DNA of 63,768 nt, filler included, from Trichomonas gallinae (lineage: Eukaryota), in NCBI GenBank assembly GCA_008369845.1. It is 7 parts of 7 records of this genome, joined end to end, with 100 filler letters (N's around TTAATTAATTAA, not from the genome) between each part and the next. Parts side by side here need not be neighbours in the genome. Positions count along the whole stretch, not along the records: positions 30,978 to 42,517 come from MRSU01000761.1; positions 42,618 to 49,790 come from MRSU01000764.1; positions 49,891 to 58,051 come from MRSU01000768.1; 4 more parts are not named here. One strand, 5' to 3'. Made by a program: the position numbers and the translations under genes. This document shows, piece after piece, positions 42,201 to 52,205 of this stretch. Numbering within the stretch: the stretch's first letter is position 1; each line of letters starts with the position of its first letter. The notes under the pieces were generated by a model. It was given only the letters and a program-made list of their open reading frames with translations. It had not been told where the DNA came from and searched no databases.

Positions 42201-42517
42201 TTACCAGAAACTGATGATAAAAAGTGCCGTGGCTCGTTTGTTGAAAGGAAAATCCGCTCTGATATGAAAATCATAAAATATACAGTCAATACTAATGAGT
42301 TATCTTGCCAAAAGAATGGTTCGATGAATCGGAAACAATTGAAAAAGTAAAATTTGGATGATAATCCAAAAATCTTGTGATAATTCGCATCCATGTAATA
42401 TGCATATTCGAAATACATCGAAACCTTTTCGCAAAAATAGTAGTATATGTTGGGGGTTATTTGCCAAAATTTGCAAGCGGTCCTATGACCCCATATTTGA
42501 AGGATTTTAGACAATAT

Positions 42518-42617
42518 NNNNNNNNNNNNNNNNNNNNNNNNNNNNNNNNNNNNNNNNNNNNTTAATTAATTAANNNNNNNNNNNNNNNNNNNNNNNNNNN
42601 NNNNNNNNNNNNNNNNN
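42518..42617. other. Artificial contig linker
   Basis: N44-TTAATTAATTAA-N44. Confidence 0.98.
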
Positions 42618-42665
42618 AAAATAAAAAAAAAAAAAAAAAAAAAAAAAAAACAATAAAAAAAGTTG

Positions 42666-42785
42666 TTGCTCAGCTCCGAGTAATGATTAACATTTCTTGT
42701 CATCAAAAATAATAAATATGTGTGGAATAGTATTAATAGCTTATTAAGTCAAAATCAGAGCAAAAATAAAAATCATCAACAGCAA
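42666..42785 (-). ncRNA. Candidate box C/D snoRNA
   Basis: Ordered TGATGA (42778-42773), CTGA (42758-42755), TGATGA (42705-42700) and CTGA (42673-42670). 4-bp terminal stem TTGC/GCAA. Target not established. Confidence 0.3.
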
Positions 42786-42930
42786 AATATATATGGATGT
42801 TTTGATTATATATCTTTCAGCAGTTTGCGCTATAAAGTTTTTTTTTTTTTTGAAGTGTCTACAACTCAGCCAGAGATCATCTGGTTTATTAATTTAATAT
42901 ATATACAACAAACAAAAATAACATATATGA

Positions 42931-44373
42931 TTAATCAAGCAGGTAAAGATTGTTATCATAGCATCCGCAAATGATCTGTGAAGGATGACGCGGCGACCAC
43001 TGGCATTTCGAAATAACTTGGCTGTTTGTCGTGCTGAATGTTTTTACTTGCGTCGCACTCTTCCAGTTCCATATGTGGACAACTCCATCCTTGTCTCCTT
43101 GCACGAGAAAGGCTCCATCAGGTGAAAAAGACGGCCTGCATGGAAAACTTTGTGTTTCGCATCCGACGAAGGATCTGTTGACATCAGGTTCGATGGAATG
43201 CGACGTTATCTTGAAAACAGCCATTTCTTTGCCAGCCATTTGTGCGACAATTACAGATTCTTTCGGATGCGCAGCCAAAGCTGTAACTGCTGACATCCAC
43301 GACTCTTGTATGGAGCATAGAGGCTTGTCATTGCCCAATTCCCATAAAGCTAATGACTTATCTTCTGATGAACTGACGAAATATTTTGATCCTGGAAGAA
43401 AAGCTAAAGAAAGGCATGATTGCTTATGGAAATTGTAAACTAAACACTTCTCTTTGTTGCCATCAAGTCTAAAATCGTAATGAACTAAACTTCCGTTTGA
43501 TAATGAAACAACTAGTTCGTCGTTGTGGTCTTCTGTCGGCGGAATAGCAATTCTCACTGGTATGTCGTCCAGCAGAATGTTGTTAAAAACGTTGCCGTGG
43601 TCTGTTTCCCATAATTTTAATTTCTTTCCGAAGCAAACACTCGCAAATTTCATTCCATCACGTTGGAATGCTACATCTCTGACTCCATTTTGATGACCTA
43701 TGTATGATTGGATGCACTGCATGTCATTAAATAAACTCCAAATTCTAATTGTTGAATCTAATGAACAAGAAAGGAAAAAGTGGCCGTAATCTGGTATCAT
43801 TTCGACATTGGTGACTTGCGACGTGTGATAACTGTATGTATGCAAATTAACTTTCGGTAAACAGCATTCGTGTGGCATAATTTGCAAATTAAGCGGCGGT
43901 TTCACCCAGCTTCTTCCTAAATGGTCTTTGTGGCTGATAACATTGAACCAAATCGCTGTGTCTTCCAATTCCTGGTTTCCTGCGAGTGGTTTCCAAGTTC
44001 GATTTTTGAGTTTTTGAGCGTAAGCAACTCTATCGAATATTGGAGTTTCTTTCTCTGGCTCTTTAGTTTCGTCCCATGGTATAATTCGCTTGTGCTGATG
44101 TGTTTTATCTGATTTCGATTTTTCTTTCTTTTTGTGATGCATTTCTTTCCAAATTGAATCAAGCATTGAGATTTCCTGTTTATCCTTTGTCTTCTTCTGC
44201 TCCATATATTTGTTCTGCTCCGTTGTTGGCAAATTTGCTTGAATATACTGAGATTGCTTAGGTTTATCACCGAACAAATCAGTATTAATGACTTTAGGTG
44301 CAATGTTTACACTCAGTTTGTCCTTAAAAGTATATTTATAACCTAAATCATCATCTGATGAATCTTCACTCAT
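42931..44373 (-). CDS. CDC40: Pre-mRNA processing factor 17 (WD40)
   Basis: DHLGRSWVKPP...CCLPKVNLHTYSYHT (the Prp17 signature preceding the propeller), followed by WD40 repeats ending WSPRHPSQIICGCYD. Confidence 0.9.
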   Translation of the reverse strand: MSEDSSDDDLGYKYTFKDKLSVNIAPKVINTDLFGDKPKQSQYIQANLPTTEQNKYMEQKKTKDKQEISMLDSIWKEMHHKKKEKSKSDKTHQHKRIIPWDETKEPEKETPIFDRVAYAQKLKNRTWKPLAGNQELEDTAIWFNVISHKDHLGRSWVKPPLNLQIMPHECCLPKVNLHTYSYHTSQVTNVEMIPDYGHFFLSCSLDSTIRIWSLFNDMQCIQSYIGHQNGVRDVAFQRDGMKFASVCFGKKLKLWETDHGNVFNNILLDDIPVRIAIPPTEDHNDELVVSLSNGSLVHYDFRLDGNKEKCLVYNFHKQSCLSLAFLPGSKYFVSSSEDKSLALWELGNDKPLCSIQESWMSAVTALAAHPKESVIVAQMAGKEMAVFKITSHSIEPDVNRSFVGCETQSFPCRPSFSPDGAFLVQGDKDGVVHIWNWKSATQVKTFSTTNSQVISKCQWSPRHPSQIICGCYDNNLYLLD

Positions 44374-44963
44374 TCACCTGAGTCAATTTTTGCTGTCACT
44401 TTTATTTGTAATTTTACAAATAAGGTTATTTTGTAAAGTCAGATTTTTAATAATATTCATTTGTGGATTAATTCACATGTCGCTTTATCTATGAAAGCAC
44501 ATCACTCTAATATATATGTGACGCATTATTTAGAAACTGATTTAACAAATTAGGGGTGTTATTCTTATACTAGGTGTTGTGTTTAATTTTGTTTTACATG
44601 ACAAATTTTGATATTTTGACAAGTAAATTCAAAAATTAGAATTCTTAATAATTGTATTATACGCAACTGCTACACATATGCATGGTACGCTACACAAACA
44701 TATAAATATTTATGTATTTTGATGATAAGATATGCAACTTATTCTTCGGAGATGGATTATATATATGAAATGATTCAGATGAACAAATAATAAATCGAAG
44801 CGCAAAAAGCAGCACTAACGTGCATAAGCATAACAATAGATGTTCCATATAGATGTGTTTCACCTACCAAAAGACGTACTCTTAAATTCTATTTGTTGAT
44901 ATTTTTGCAGAAAAAAAAATTTTTTTTACAAGTAATATTTAAAATATAGAATAACAAAAATTA

Positions 44964-47900
44964 TTATTTGATTGTGAATTCATCGTTTGTGGATCCTGGC
45001 TCAGCGAGTTTGTCGACAATATAAACTGTTTGTCCTGCGATTTTCTCGTTGTGCTTGTGAAAAGTCAGGTGTTTCATGTCTTTAACGTGTTCTTGAGCTT
45101 CTTCAGTCAAGAAAACTTTGCCACGCTGTCCTTGTTCGCTCAGAGCTGCGACCTTGAGGAAATCTGGTCCAGCAACTTCTATTCTTGGGTACTCCATGAT
45201 GAGCGGGATGATAGTAAACTCTCCGAAGTGAATAACAGCGGAGAGTGTTGCTGATGTGTTTGCGATTGACTGCGCGAAAACTTCGAGAATGGAAAGCGAG
45301 CACTGGATGATTTCTTCTAAGCCAATCTTGACATCATCGCCTTCTTGATCAAGTCCACCCATGTAGTACCATGTCGGAGCATCATGGCACAAATAAGTGA
45401 CAGAAGAGAAAGACCCCAAGATGTCTTTTGCAGTTCTCAAGAACAAAGAGCAGCCCTGCAGAACATCATCGTTTGCGTCATCATCCGATGTTGCTTTGAC
45501 AGTGAATGACAGTAGAGGCTTCTTGTGGAATGTCCTAGGAACTGTATTATCTTGATCTGTCAATGATCTCATGAGCTTCTTCGTGATTGCGTATTCCAAT
45601 AAACTGGCTGAGATGTTTGACTCGAATTTGAGCTTCTCTTCGAGCTCTTTCTTGTGTGAGAGATTTGTGATGTGGACAATGAACTTTGTTGCCCTGAAGT
45701 TCTTTCCTTCGTCATTTTCTTCTTCTTGGTTGTGAGACTTCTTCTCGTCATTGACACCAATCAAGCGAATCATTACAGGGAATTTCGTCTTCTCGCGAAT
45801 TTCGATGTTAGTCATGATCTCGATGAAGTTCTGGGCTGCGACACCTCTTGCGAGCTGCTGGATGTATTCGAGAAGTGAGTTGAATGGGTGGTCTTCGTTT
45901 TGCTTGTATGGCAAAACGTGGGAGAAGATTTCATCAAGCGGCAAACCAATTGTTGCTTCTCTGCTTGTGCTAAGTAAAGTGTAGAAAGCATTGTTGGCGA
46001 ACAAAAGGCTCAAATCGCTCTCAAAGACAGCGAAAGGCACTGTCATGATATTCAAGAAGGCCGCACCACTTGGTGCTCCTGTTTTTTGCTCATTAAACTT
46101 CTGCGTTCCGTAGTCGCATTCTCCCTGCAAATATTGCATTAGTTTCTGCTGGTCGGAGAGATCTATAGGATCGATGAACTTGAGAGGAAGCTTGACGGAG
46201 TTGACTGTTGCTGTTGCTGTGACTTTAACAGGCAGGGCGAAAGCGAAGAAGAGGATAGTTGTCAAGAAATAGTCGATGATTAAAATAATTATAAGCAAAA
46301 TCTTGTTGAATCTCACTTTGTCGCTTGTATATTTATAGACGTCAGTCAATAGTTGGTCCATTCTTGGGAATAAGATAGAGTTGAATGTCTTACGGATTTC
46401 TATGTCGTGGGCTGAATTTCCTAGTCCATGGTGATCATCTGATTTGTTTCTCGCGTCAGAGATGAAGTCATCGAAGATCGCTGACAATGATTTGCACTTG
46501 ATTTCGTTAGGATCTTTGCAGGGCTGCGAGAAATGGGCATTTTGGAAAACATCCGAGTCGAATATCTTCAGAGAGATCTTGCTGTTCCTCGAAGCGAATA
46601 AAAGCGATGAATGGGCTTCTGTGGCCTCTTCAATCGCAGAGTCAACATTCGTGAAGTTTGGATTCTCATAGTTGAGGTGATACAAGACGAGGGAGCATTT
46701 ATATGTTCTCTGGCTGATTAAATCGATCGTGTACAAACAACGAACGATTTCTCTCGTGTTGAAGTCGATGATCAAGAACATGATCGTGCAGACAATCATC
46801 GGCAGGAACGTCATCGAGCAGTACACGAACATGGCTTTCGCAGGGAACCTTGGAGGAAGAACAGTTGAAGAATGGTCGCTGTCGTTAACTAAAACTTTGA
46901 ACGTGTCAGCCACGTTTATCTGCCTCTGCTCTTCATCGACGTTATCGTTAGAAAAGTCTGCGTTACTCCTTGAGTTGTTTGTAACTGTTGACGTTAACAT
47001 GACAGAAAGAGATCTGTGGTCTGTCGTTCTTCTCATTGTCGTGTTTCCGTCCAAAAACTTCGAGATTGTTGAACGAGTCATTGTTGAATATAGAGAGAAC
47101 AAGTAGGCGAGCTCATCTTTGAGTCCGCTCATTGTAACGAAGAACAAAGGCGTGCCAAGGAATAATGTCAACGACCAGATGATCACGTAGAAAATGTAGC
47201 TGGAAATTGTTACTTTTCTTGACAAATCGCTGTTTTCTGTGTAGATGTCACTGATTGTTTGGCTCGTGATATCAGTTGCCGTGTCGATATTGACCCTAAT
47301 GTATTTGTTGAGCGTGTCATTTGACGGTACGTATGACAAAGCGTTTTCGAAGTAGACCATTTGCGAGAGCATGTCTATTAATGATGTGTATGACAACTCA
47401 GAGTAATTATCCATGAAGAAATTAAACTGCTGAAGATGATCTGCGTTCATCTGCTTCCTCAAAGCATCGTCTGGTATCTGGTCCATCATCACATTATAAG
47501 CGTCCACCATCTTCTTCGTGAATTGATATAGTTCATCTCTCATTTCTCTCTCTTTCTCTGTCATAGGCTGGGATTCTATTTCTGCGATTTCAGCGAAGTT
47601 GTTTGGCGCTTGCGTTAAGTATTCCGAGCATATTCCGGCCTGAGCAATCAGATCGACACTGGAATTCACCATTTCGAATATTATAAAGCCAGCAATAACA
47701 ACAGCTATTAAAATGATGTTTGTCAAAATGACAGAAACACCAAGAATAGAGTTCATCTTCAAAATGGTGACAATTGGTCTTCTGTCTGTCGCTTCTTCAA
47801 CGGCCTGCTTGAGAATGTTCATGTTTATCTCGTTATCTATAGTCACAGTTGTGTCTTCGAGCTTTGGATTGGCGTTGCAAATCGCGTCAGCTTTCGCGTG

Positions 47901-49550
47901 CTGGCAGCCTGTCGTCTTCAAGAACTTGATGTACTCTTTGAGGATAGGAGTCGAGAATGGATACCTTAGAGCTAAGTATGTCCACTTCTTGTTCAAGCTC
48001 TTGATGATGGCTTCGAGCTGGAAAGCGTGCTTCGACATGGCAGTGATGTCACCTTTGTAACAAGCTGACCATATCTTCTGGAGTATCTGCTGAGACTTCA
48101 TCGCCTGCAAATTCTGGAAGGAGATCTCGCGGATGAGTGATGGAGAGAGTTCTGCGGAGGACTCACTTTGGGAAGTGACGATCTGGAACATGATGGCCTC
48201 CTGGACAATAGAAGGCTTCTTGTTGTCGATGAAATTGTCCATGAGATTCGAAACAAATAAAGATTGATCAGGAAGAAGGAATGACAAGTGCAAGAACTCG
48301 AATAAGGCGTCTTGGAAGTTCTGTATTAAGAACTGTATCAGAGAAAGGTCCATGAAGCAAGGATGGCTGAAAAGACAACCAATTCTTGCAATTCTTATAG
48401 CTTGATTAGCTGATTTGATTCCTAGGCTCTCATATGATGTGATGAGGTCATCAGTAATTTCAGCAGCGTTCTCACCTTCGATTGGCGTCATTGGTTTGCA
48501 GCGATTCAAATTATTTACATTTCTTTTCACGATTCCTTGAATAAAACCGTGAGTTGCGATATTGATGACCACTGGGAATGATAACCATACAACAATGCCA
48601 ACAGCAATGGAAATTTTGAATTGAAGAATGCAGTAAATAATGATAACAACTTCAAATATGCATGTAGCAAGTGTAATAACGAAAATAAATTCGTATGCAA
48701 AGAATGAGATGTAATACATGACTCTTGCCTGATATATGAAAAATGGAATCAAAAATATTACAAGATAGCAAGCAAGTGCAATGGCAAACTGCTTAGGCTT
48801 TAGAGATCTTGTGATACTTAAGATAACGAAGTTAAAAACGATGAAGAAATCATATGAAACAACTTTCAAAACATCTGGGCACCAAATTGCGAGCGGATTC
48901 TTAAGATTTGGACTTGGACTAGTTCCCATTGCAAACGAGAAGAAAGCAATGTTTCCAAAATGCAAAATTAAGAAAAATAATGCGACAAGAAGCAAGAAGA
49001 AGTTGCCGAACGAATACTCTAAGAAGAATGTACGTAATTGCTCTGAAAATATGCACGTCATAGAAGTTCTAAATAATGGTAAAAATAAAGAGTTAAGATA
49101 GAAGTATACAACGATATATTTCGAGACTTCCTTTCTTCTTTTGATGAAATTAATGATTATAACGGCAAATGTAAAGATTCCAACATCAATTAACCCATAA
49201 ACTACGAAAAGCGCAATTTCTGCAACTTTAGATGTATCAAGTGGCACATATCTAACAATAATAACGAATATATTTGTGACTTTGTAAAGTCCTGGGTTAA
49301 CTTCGTAAATTGATCTACACAAGGGACAAGTAACAGCGAGAGCTAAGTGTATGAATGTCATAATTAACTGAAGCCAGAACACCCAAGGCACGTTTGTGAC
49401 AGTTCTGTTGACGAGATGGAAAAACGTGTATACAGCGTTTTTGTTTGCAGATATAACATAACGTTTTCCGATTTCAAATGTCTGAGCATCGTCTTTCTTG
49501 CTCAGTCTATGACCCCCAAATGCATTAAACTTCTCACCTGGAGAAATCAT
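44964..49550 (-). CDS. Transmembrane cyclase-family protein with PAS domain and degenerate (pseudo)cyclase domain, 1528 aa
   Basis: Same architecture as 34552-39207: TM block, IWSACYKGD / YPFSTPILKEY region, further TMs and PAS (LFANNAFYTLL). The C-terminus aligns to the cyclase fold but lacks the catalytic motifs. Confidence 0.85.
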   Translation of the reverse strand: MISPGEKFNAFGGHRLSKKDDAQTFEIGKRYVISANKNAVYTFFHLVNRTVTNVPWVFWLQLIMTFIHLALAVTCPLCRSIYEVNPGLYKVTNIFVIIVRYVPLDTSKVAEIALFVVYGLIDVGIFTFAVIIINFIKRRKEVSKYIVVYFYLNSLFLPLFRTSMTCIFSEQLRTFFLEYSFGNFFLLLVALFFLILHFGNIAFFSFAMGTSPSPNLKNPLAIWCPDVLKVVSYDFFIVFNFVILSITRSLKPKQFAIALACYLVIFLIPFFIYQARVMYYISFFAYEFIFVITLATCIFEVVIIIYCILQFKISIAVGIVVWLSFPVVINIATHGFIQGIVKRNVNNLNRCKPMTPIEGENAAEITDDLITSYESLGIKSANQAIRIARIGCLFSHPCFMDLSLIQFLIQNFQDALFEFLHLSFLLPDQSLFVSNLMDNFIDNKKPSIVQEAIMFQIVTSQSESSAELSPSLIREISFQNLQAMKSQQILQKIWSACYKGDITAMSKHAFQLEAIIKSLNKKWTYLALRYPFSTPILKEYIKFLKTTGCQHAKADAICNANPKLEDTTVTIDNEINMNILKQAVEEATDRRPIVTILKMNSILGVSVILTNIILIAVVIAGFIIFEMVNSSVDLIAQAGICSEYLTQAPNNFAEIAEIESQPMTEKEREMRDELYQFTKKMVDAYNVMMDQIPDDALRKQMNADHLQQFNFFMDNYSELSYTSLIDMLSQMVYFENALSYVPSNDTLNKYIRVNIDTATDITSQTISDIYTENSDLSRKVTISSYIFYVIIWSLTLFLGTPLFFVTMSGLKDELAYLFSLYSTMTRSTISKFLDGNTTMRRTTDHRSLSVMLTSTVTNNSRSNADFSNDNVDEEQRQINVADTFKVLVNDSDHSSTVLPPRFPAKAMFVYCSMTFLPMIVCTIMFLIIDFNTREIVRCLYTIDLISQRTYKCSLVLYHLNYENPNFTNVDSAIEEATEAHSSLLFASRNSKISLKIFDSDVFQNAHFSQPCKDPNEIKCKSLSAIFDDFISDARNKSDDHHGLGNSAHDIEIRKTFNSILFPRMDQLLTDVYKYTSDKVRFNKILLIIILIIDYFLTTILFFAFALPVKVTATATVNSVKLPLKFIDPIDLSDQQKLMQYLQGECDYGTQKFNEQKTGAPSGAAFLNIMTVPFAVFESDLSLLFANNAFYTLLSTSREATIGLPLDEIFSHVLPYKQNEDHPFNSLLEYIQQLARGVAAQNFIEIMTNIEIREKTKFPVMIRLIGVNDEKKSHNQEEENDEGKNFRATKFIVHITNLSHKKELEEKLKFESNISASLLEYAITKKLMRSLTDQDNTVPRTFHKKPLLSFTVKATSDDDANDDVLQGCSLFLRTAKDILGSFSSVTYLCHDAPTWYYMGGLDQEGDDVKIGLEEIIQCSLSILEVFAQSIANTSATLSAVIHFGEFTIIPLIMEYPRIEVAGPDFLKVAALSEQGQRGKVFLTEEAQEHVKDMKHLTFHKHNEKIAGQTVYIVDKLAEPGSTNDEFTIK

Positions 49551-49790
49551 AGAAAAAAAAATTTAAAAAACGTGCTCGAGAATTTTTTACATGTTTCATT
49601 TTTTATTACATATTTCATATCTGTATAAAATGTAGAATCTATTTTCGCGCAATTTTTCGGAAATAAATTTTTGGCCAAAAATTTTTTTATCGACGAACTT
49701 TTTTTTTCCCCACTTTTTCTACAGTAAAAATCGCCGACGAGATTTAGACATCACGTAAAATAAATTCATTGGGATATAATATATTGTTTA

Positions 49791-49890
49791 NNNNNNNNNN
49801 NNNNNNNNNNNNNNNNNNNNNNNNNNNNNNNNNNTTAATTAATTAANNNNNNNNNNNNNNNNNNNNNNNNNNNNNNNNNNNNNNNNNNNN
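49791..49890. other. Artificial contig linker
   Basis: N44-TTAATTAATTAA-N44. Confidence 0.98.
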
Positions 49891-50208
49891 ATTTATATAC
49901 ATATCAGTAGTATAATCTATATTATAAATTTCGTCCAAATCGCTAGAGAAATGAGAGTCGGAACACCTTTTGAAATGCGATGAATTTTTTCATTGGCGTA
50001 GATGACGTCTAAGTCACTGTAATATTGGTCTAATCTGCTGATTTTGGTTATATCCATGCCAGATATGGTTTGTTTTGTCTAATTTATTTTTGAAAGTTAA
50101 AGTAATTGCGAATTTTGAGTTGATAATGATGGAACTGGGTTTGTAAAATGAAAATAAAGGATTTGTAAGTTATGAATTCATGCGAAAGTAATATTTAATA
50201 ATAAATAC

Positions 50209-51597
50209 TTAGTTCTGCTCCCATTCTGTGTGGAACTTTCCTTCCTTGTCGACGCGCTCGTATGTGTGTGCGCCGAAGAAGTCTCTCAAGCCCTGGATGA
50301 GGTTGGCTGGGAGTCTCTCTGAAGCGTAAGAGTCGAAGTAGGCGAGGCAGGATGAGTAGAGTGGAATTGGGTAGCCCTGGACTGTGCAGAGAGCTGTGAC
50401 CTTACGCCATGACTGGACGCGCTCTTCGACAGCATTCTTGAAGAAATCGATTGTGAGGAGGTTCTTTGTCTCGTTTGTGTAGTAGGCGGAAACATCGTTT
50501 AGGAAGTTAGCGCGGATGATGCAGCCACCACGCCAGACCTTGGCGCACTTAGAAATGTCGACGCCGTAGTTCATCTTGGCGGAAGCCTTCTGGATCATTG
50601 ACAAGCCCTGGGCATAGCAGATGATCTTAGCGGCATAGAGAGCCTTCTCGAGGTCGTCAACTGTAACTTTGATATCGATTCCCTCAAGTGGGTGGTGCTG
50701 GATGGCCTTAGCAGCCTCAACACGCTCTGGCTTGAGGCAGGAGATGACACGAGCGTAAACGGCCTCAGCGAAAGCTGGTGTAGCGGATGGGACGTCGAAT
50801 GAGTCCTGGGATGTCCACTTGCCTGTGCCCTTCTGCTCGGCTGTATCGAGGATGAGGTCGACGATGTGCTTGTCGCCTTCCTTCTTGCGGAGAACCTTCT
50901 CTGTGATTTCGATGAGGTAGGACTTGAGAACGCCCTGGTTCCACTTTCCGAAGACATCAGCGATAGCGTTGTTGTCCATCTTGAGAGAGTTCTTCATGAT
51001 ATAATATGTTTCTGCGATGAGCTGCATATCAGCATATTCAATGGCGTTATGGACCATCTTAACGAAGTGGCCTGCACCACCTGTGCCCATATAATCGACG
51101 CATGGTGTTCCATCCTGAGCTTTAGCAGCGATTGGGAGCAAAACGCGCTTGCAGTTCTCCCAATCCTGGAGGTGGCCACCGAACATCATAGCTGGGCCAT
51201 GAAGAGCACCCTCTTCACCGCCGGAGATGCCCATACCAACGAAGTGAATTCCTGTTGGCTCGATAAGCTTCTGGCGTCTCTCTGTTTCTGGCCAGTGGGA
51301 GTTACCACCATCAATAAGGACATCGTCCTTCTCGAGCAATGGCTTCAACTGTTCGATAACGGCATCGACGAATTCAGCTGTAACCATGAGCAAGAAAATG
51401 CGTGGCTTCTTGAGTACAGCGACAACCTCCTCGATTGTCTTGTAGCCTGTAATGTTTGGCTCATTTAATTTGAGTAAAGCTTCTGTTCTGGCCCATGTTC
51501 TGTTGAATACGGCGACCTTAAAGCCGTGGTGGGCGAAGTTGCGGGCAATGTTGCTGCCCATTGTTCCGAGTCCGAAAACGCACAAGTCCTGTGACAT
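50209..51597 (-). CDS. gnd: 6-phosphogluconate dehydrogenase, decarboxylating
   Basis: GLGTMG, FNRT, DGGNS, SGGEEGA, VKMVHNAIEY, QKGTGKWT, WRGGCIIR and RDFFGAH motifs. Strong codon bias. ATG at 51597, Inr TCATTT at 51606-51611. Confidence 0.98.
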   Translation of the reverse strand: MSQDLCVFGLGTMGSNIARNFAHHGFKVAVFNRTWARTEALLKLNEPNITGYKTIEEVVAVLKKPRIFLLMVTAEFVDAVIEQLKPLLEKDDVLIDGGNSHWPETERRQKLIEPTGIHFVGMGISGGEEGALHGPAMMFGGHLQDWENCKRVLLPIAAKAQDGTPCVDYMGTGGAGHFVKMVHNAIEYADMQLIAETYYIMKNSLKMDNNAIADVFGKWNQGVLKSYLIEITEKVLRKKEGDKHIVDLILDTAEQKGTGKWTSQDSFDVPSATPAFAEAVYARVISCLKPERVEAAKAIQHHPLEGIDIKVTVDDLEKALYAAKIICYAQGLSMIQKASAKMNYGVDISKCAKVWRGGCIIRANFLNDVSAYYTNETKNLLTIDFFKNAVEERVQSWRKVTALCTVQGYPIPLYSSCLAYFDSYASERLPANLIQGLRDFFGAHTYERVDKEGKFHTEWEQN

Positions 51598-51734
51598 CAA
51601 ATCAAAAATGAAGTAAGTTTCTCAATAAATAAAAATCTCTCAAAAATTTTATATAAAAAAGAATCGTGACGATATTTTTGATCTGTGGGGTATTCTGGGG
51701 TATGACCGAAAAATTTTCAAAAATTGAAAGGATA

Positions 51735-52205
51735 AGTGATCATTTGGTTTACAAAAATTGTATTAGTGAGTTCGTTTGTTATTTGGCTTTCTTTATATTC
51801 AATAAAGCGATTTTTCTAAATTTTCATTTTAGTTTACAAAAATTGAACAACTTGATTCGTTTGTTATTTGGCCTTGATTAGTCTAAATATAAAGATTTCA
51901 TTTAAAAAATTGTCTGATTTACAAAAAATAAATTCGTTCATTATTTGGATTATTTTATGATAGATAACGAGATTTTTTGAAAAATTTCGTCATTTTGCAA
52001 AAATTGATTGACTGAAATCGTTTTTGATTTTGTCTTGGTTATATATCAATGAGGGTTTTTTGAAAATTTTCATTTTGGTTTACAAAATTTGAAAAACAAA
52101 ATTCGTTGTGGATTTTTAATTATAATTGTTAAATATGGCTAATTGTACAAAAAAAATTGATTTTGTTTAGAAAATTTGTATGAGTGAATTCGATTGTTTT
52201 TATTT
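51735..52205. repeat. Degenerate tandem array, period about 83 bp, about six units
   Basis: The core CATTTTGGTTTACAAAAATTG...TTCGTTTGTTATTT recurs near 51741, 51825, 51910, 51991, 52071 and 52160. Confidence 0.75.

Noticed and set aside
39900..42517. Possible decayed genes in the long AT-rich stretch (short ORFs at 41221, 41829, 42168, 42185)
   Set aside because: Mostly non-ATG starts, AT-biased translations and no recognisable motif. Cannot be supported without BLASTx.
34552..49550. Active cyclase and pseudo-cyclase as a linked gene pair
   Set aside because: Separated by an artificial linker, so physical linkage is unknown.
49665..49684. Perfect 20-bp palindrome AAATTTTTGGCCAAAAATTT
   Set aside because: Mostly A/T runs and a single occurrence, so plausibly chance.
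50866..51468. 200-aa antisense ORF within 6PGD, and similar shadow ORFs in DZIP1-like, DPD-like, UBA-Myb and cyclase genes
   Set aside because: Explained by codon bias or low complexity of the real gene on the other strand. No independent motifs.
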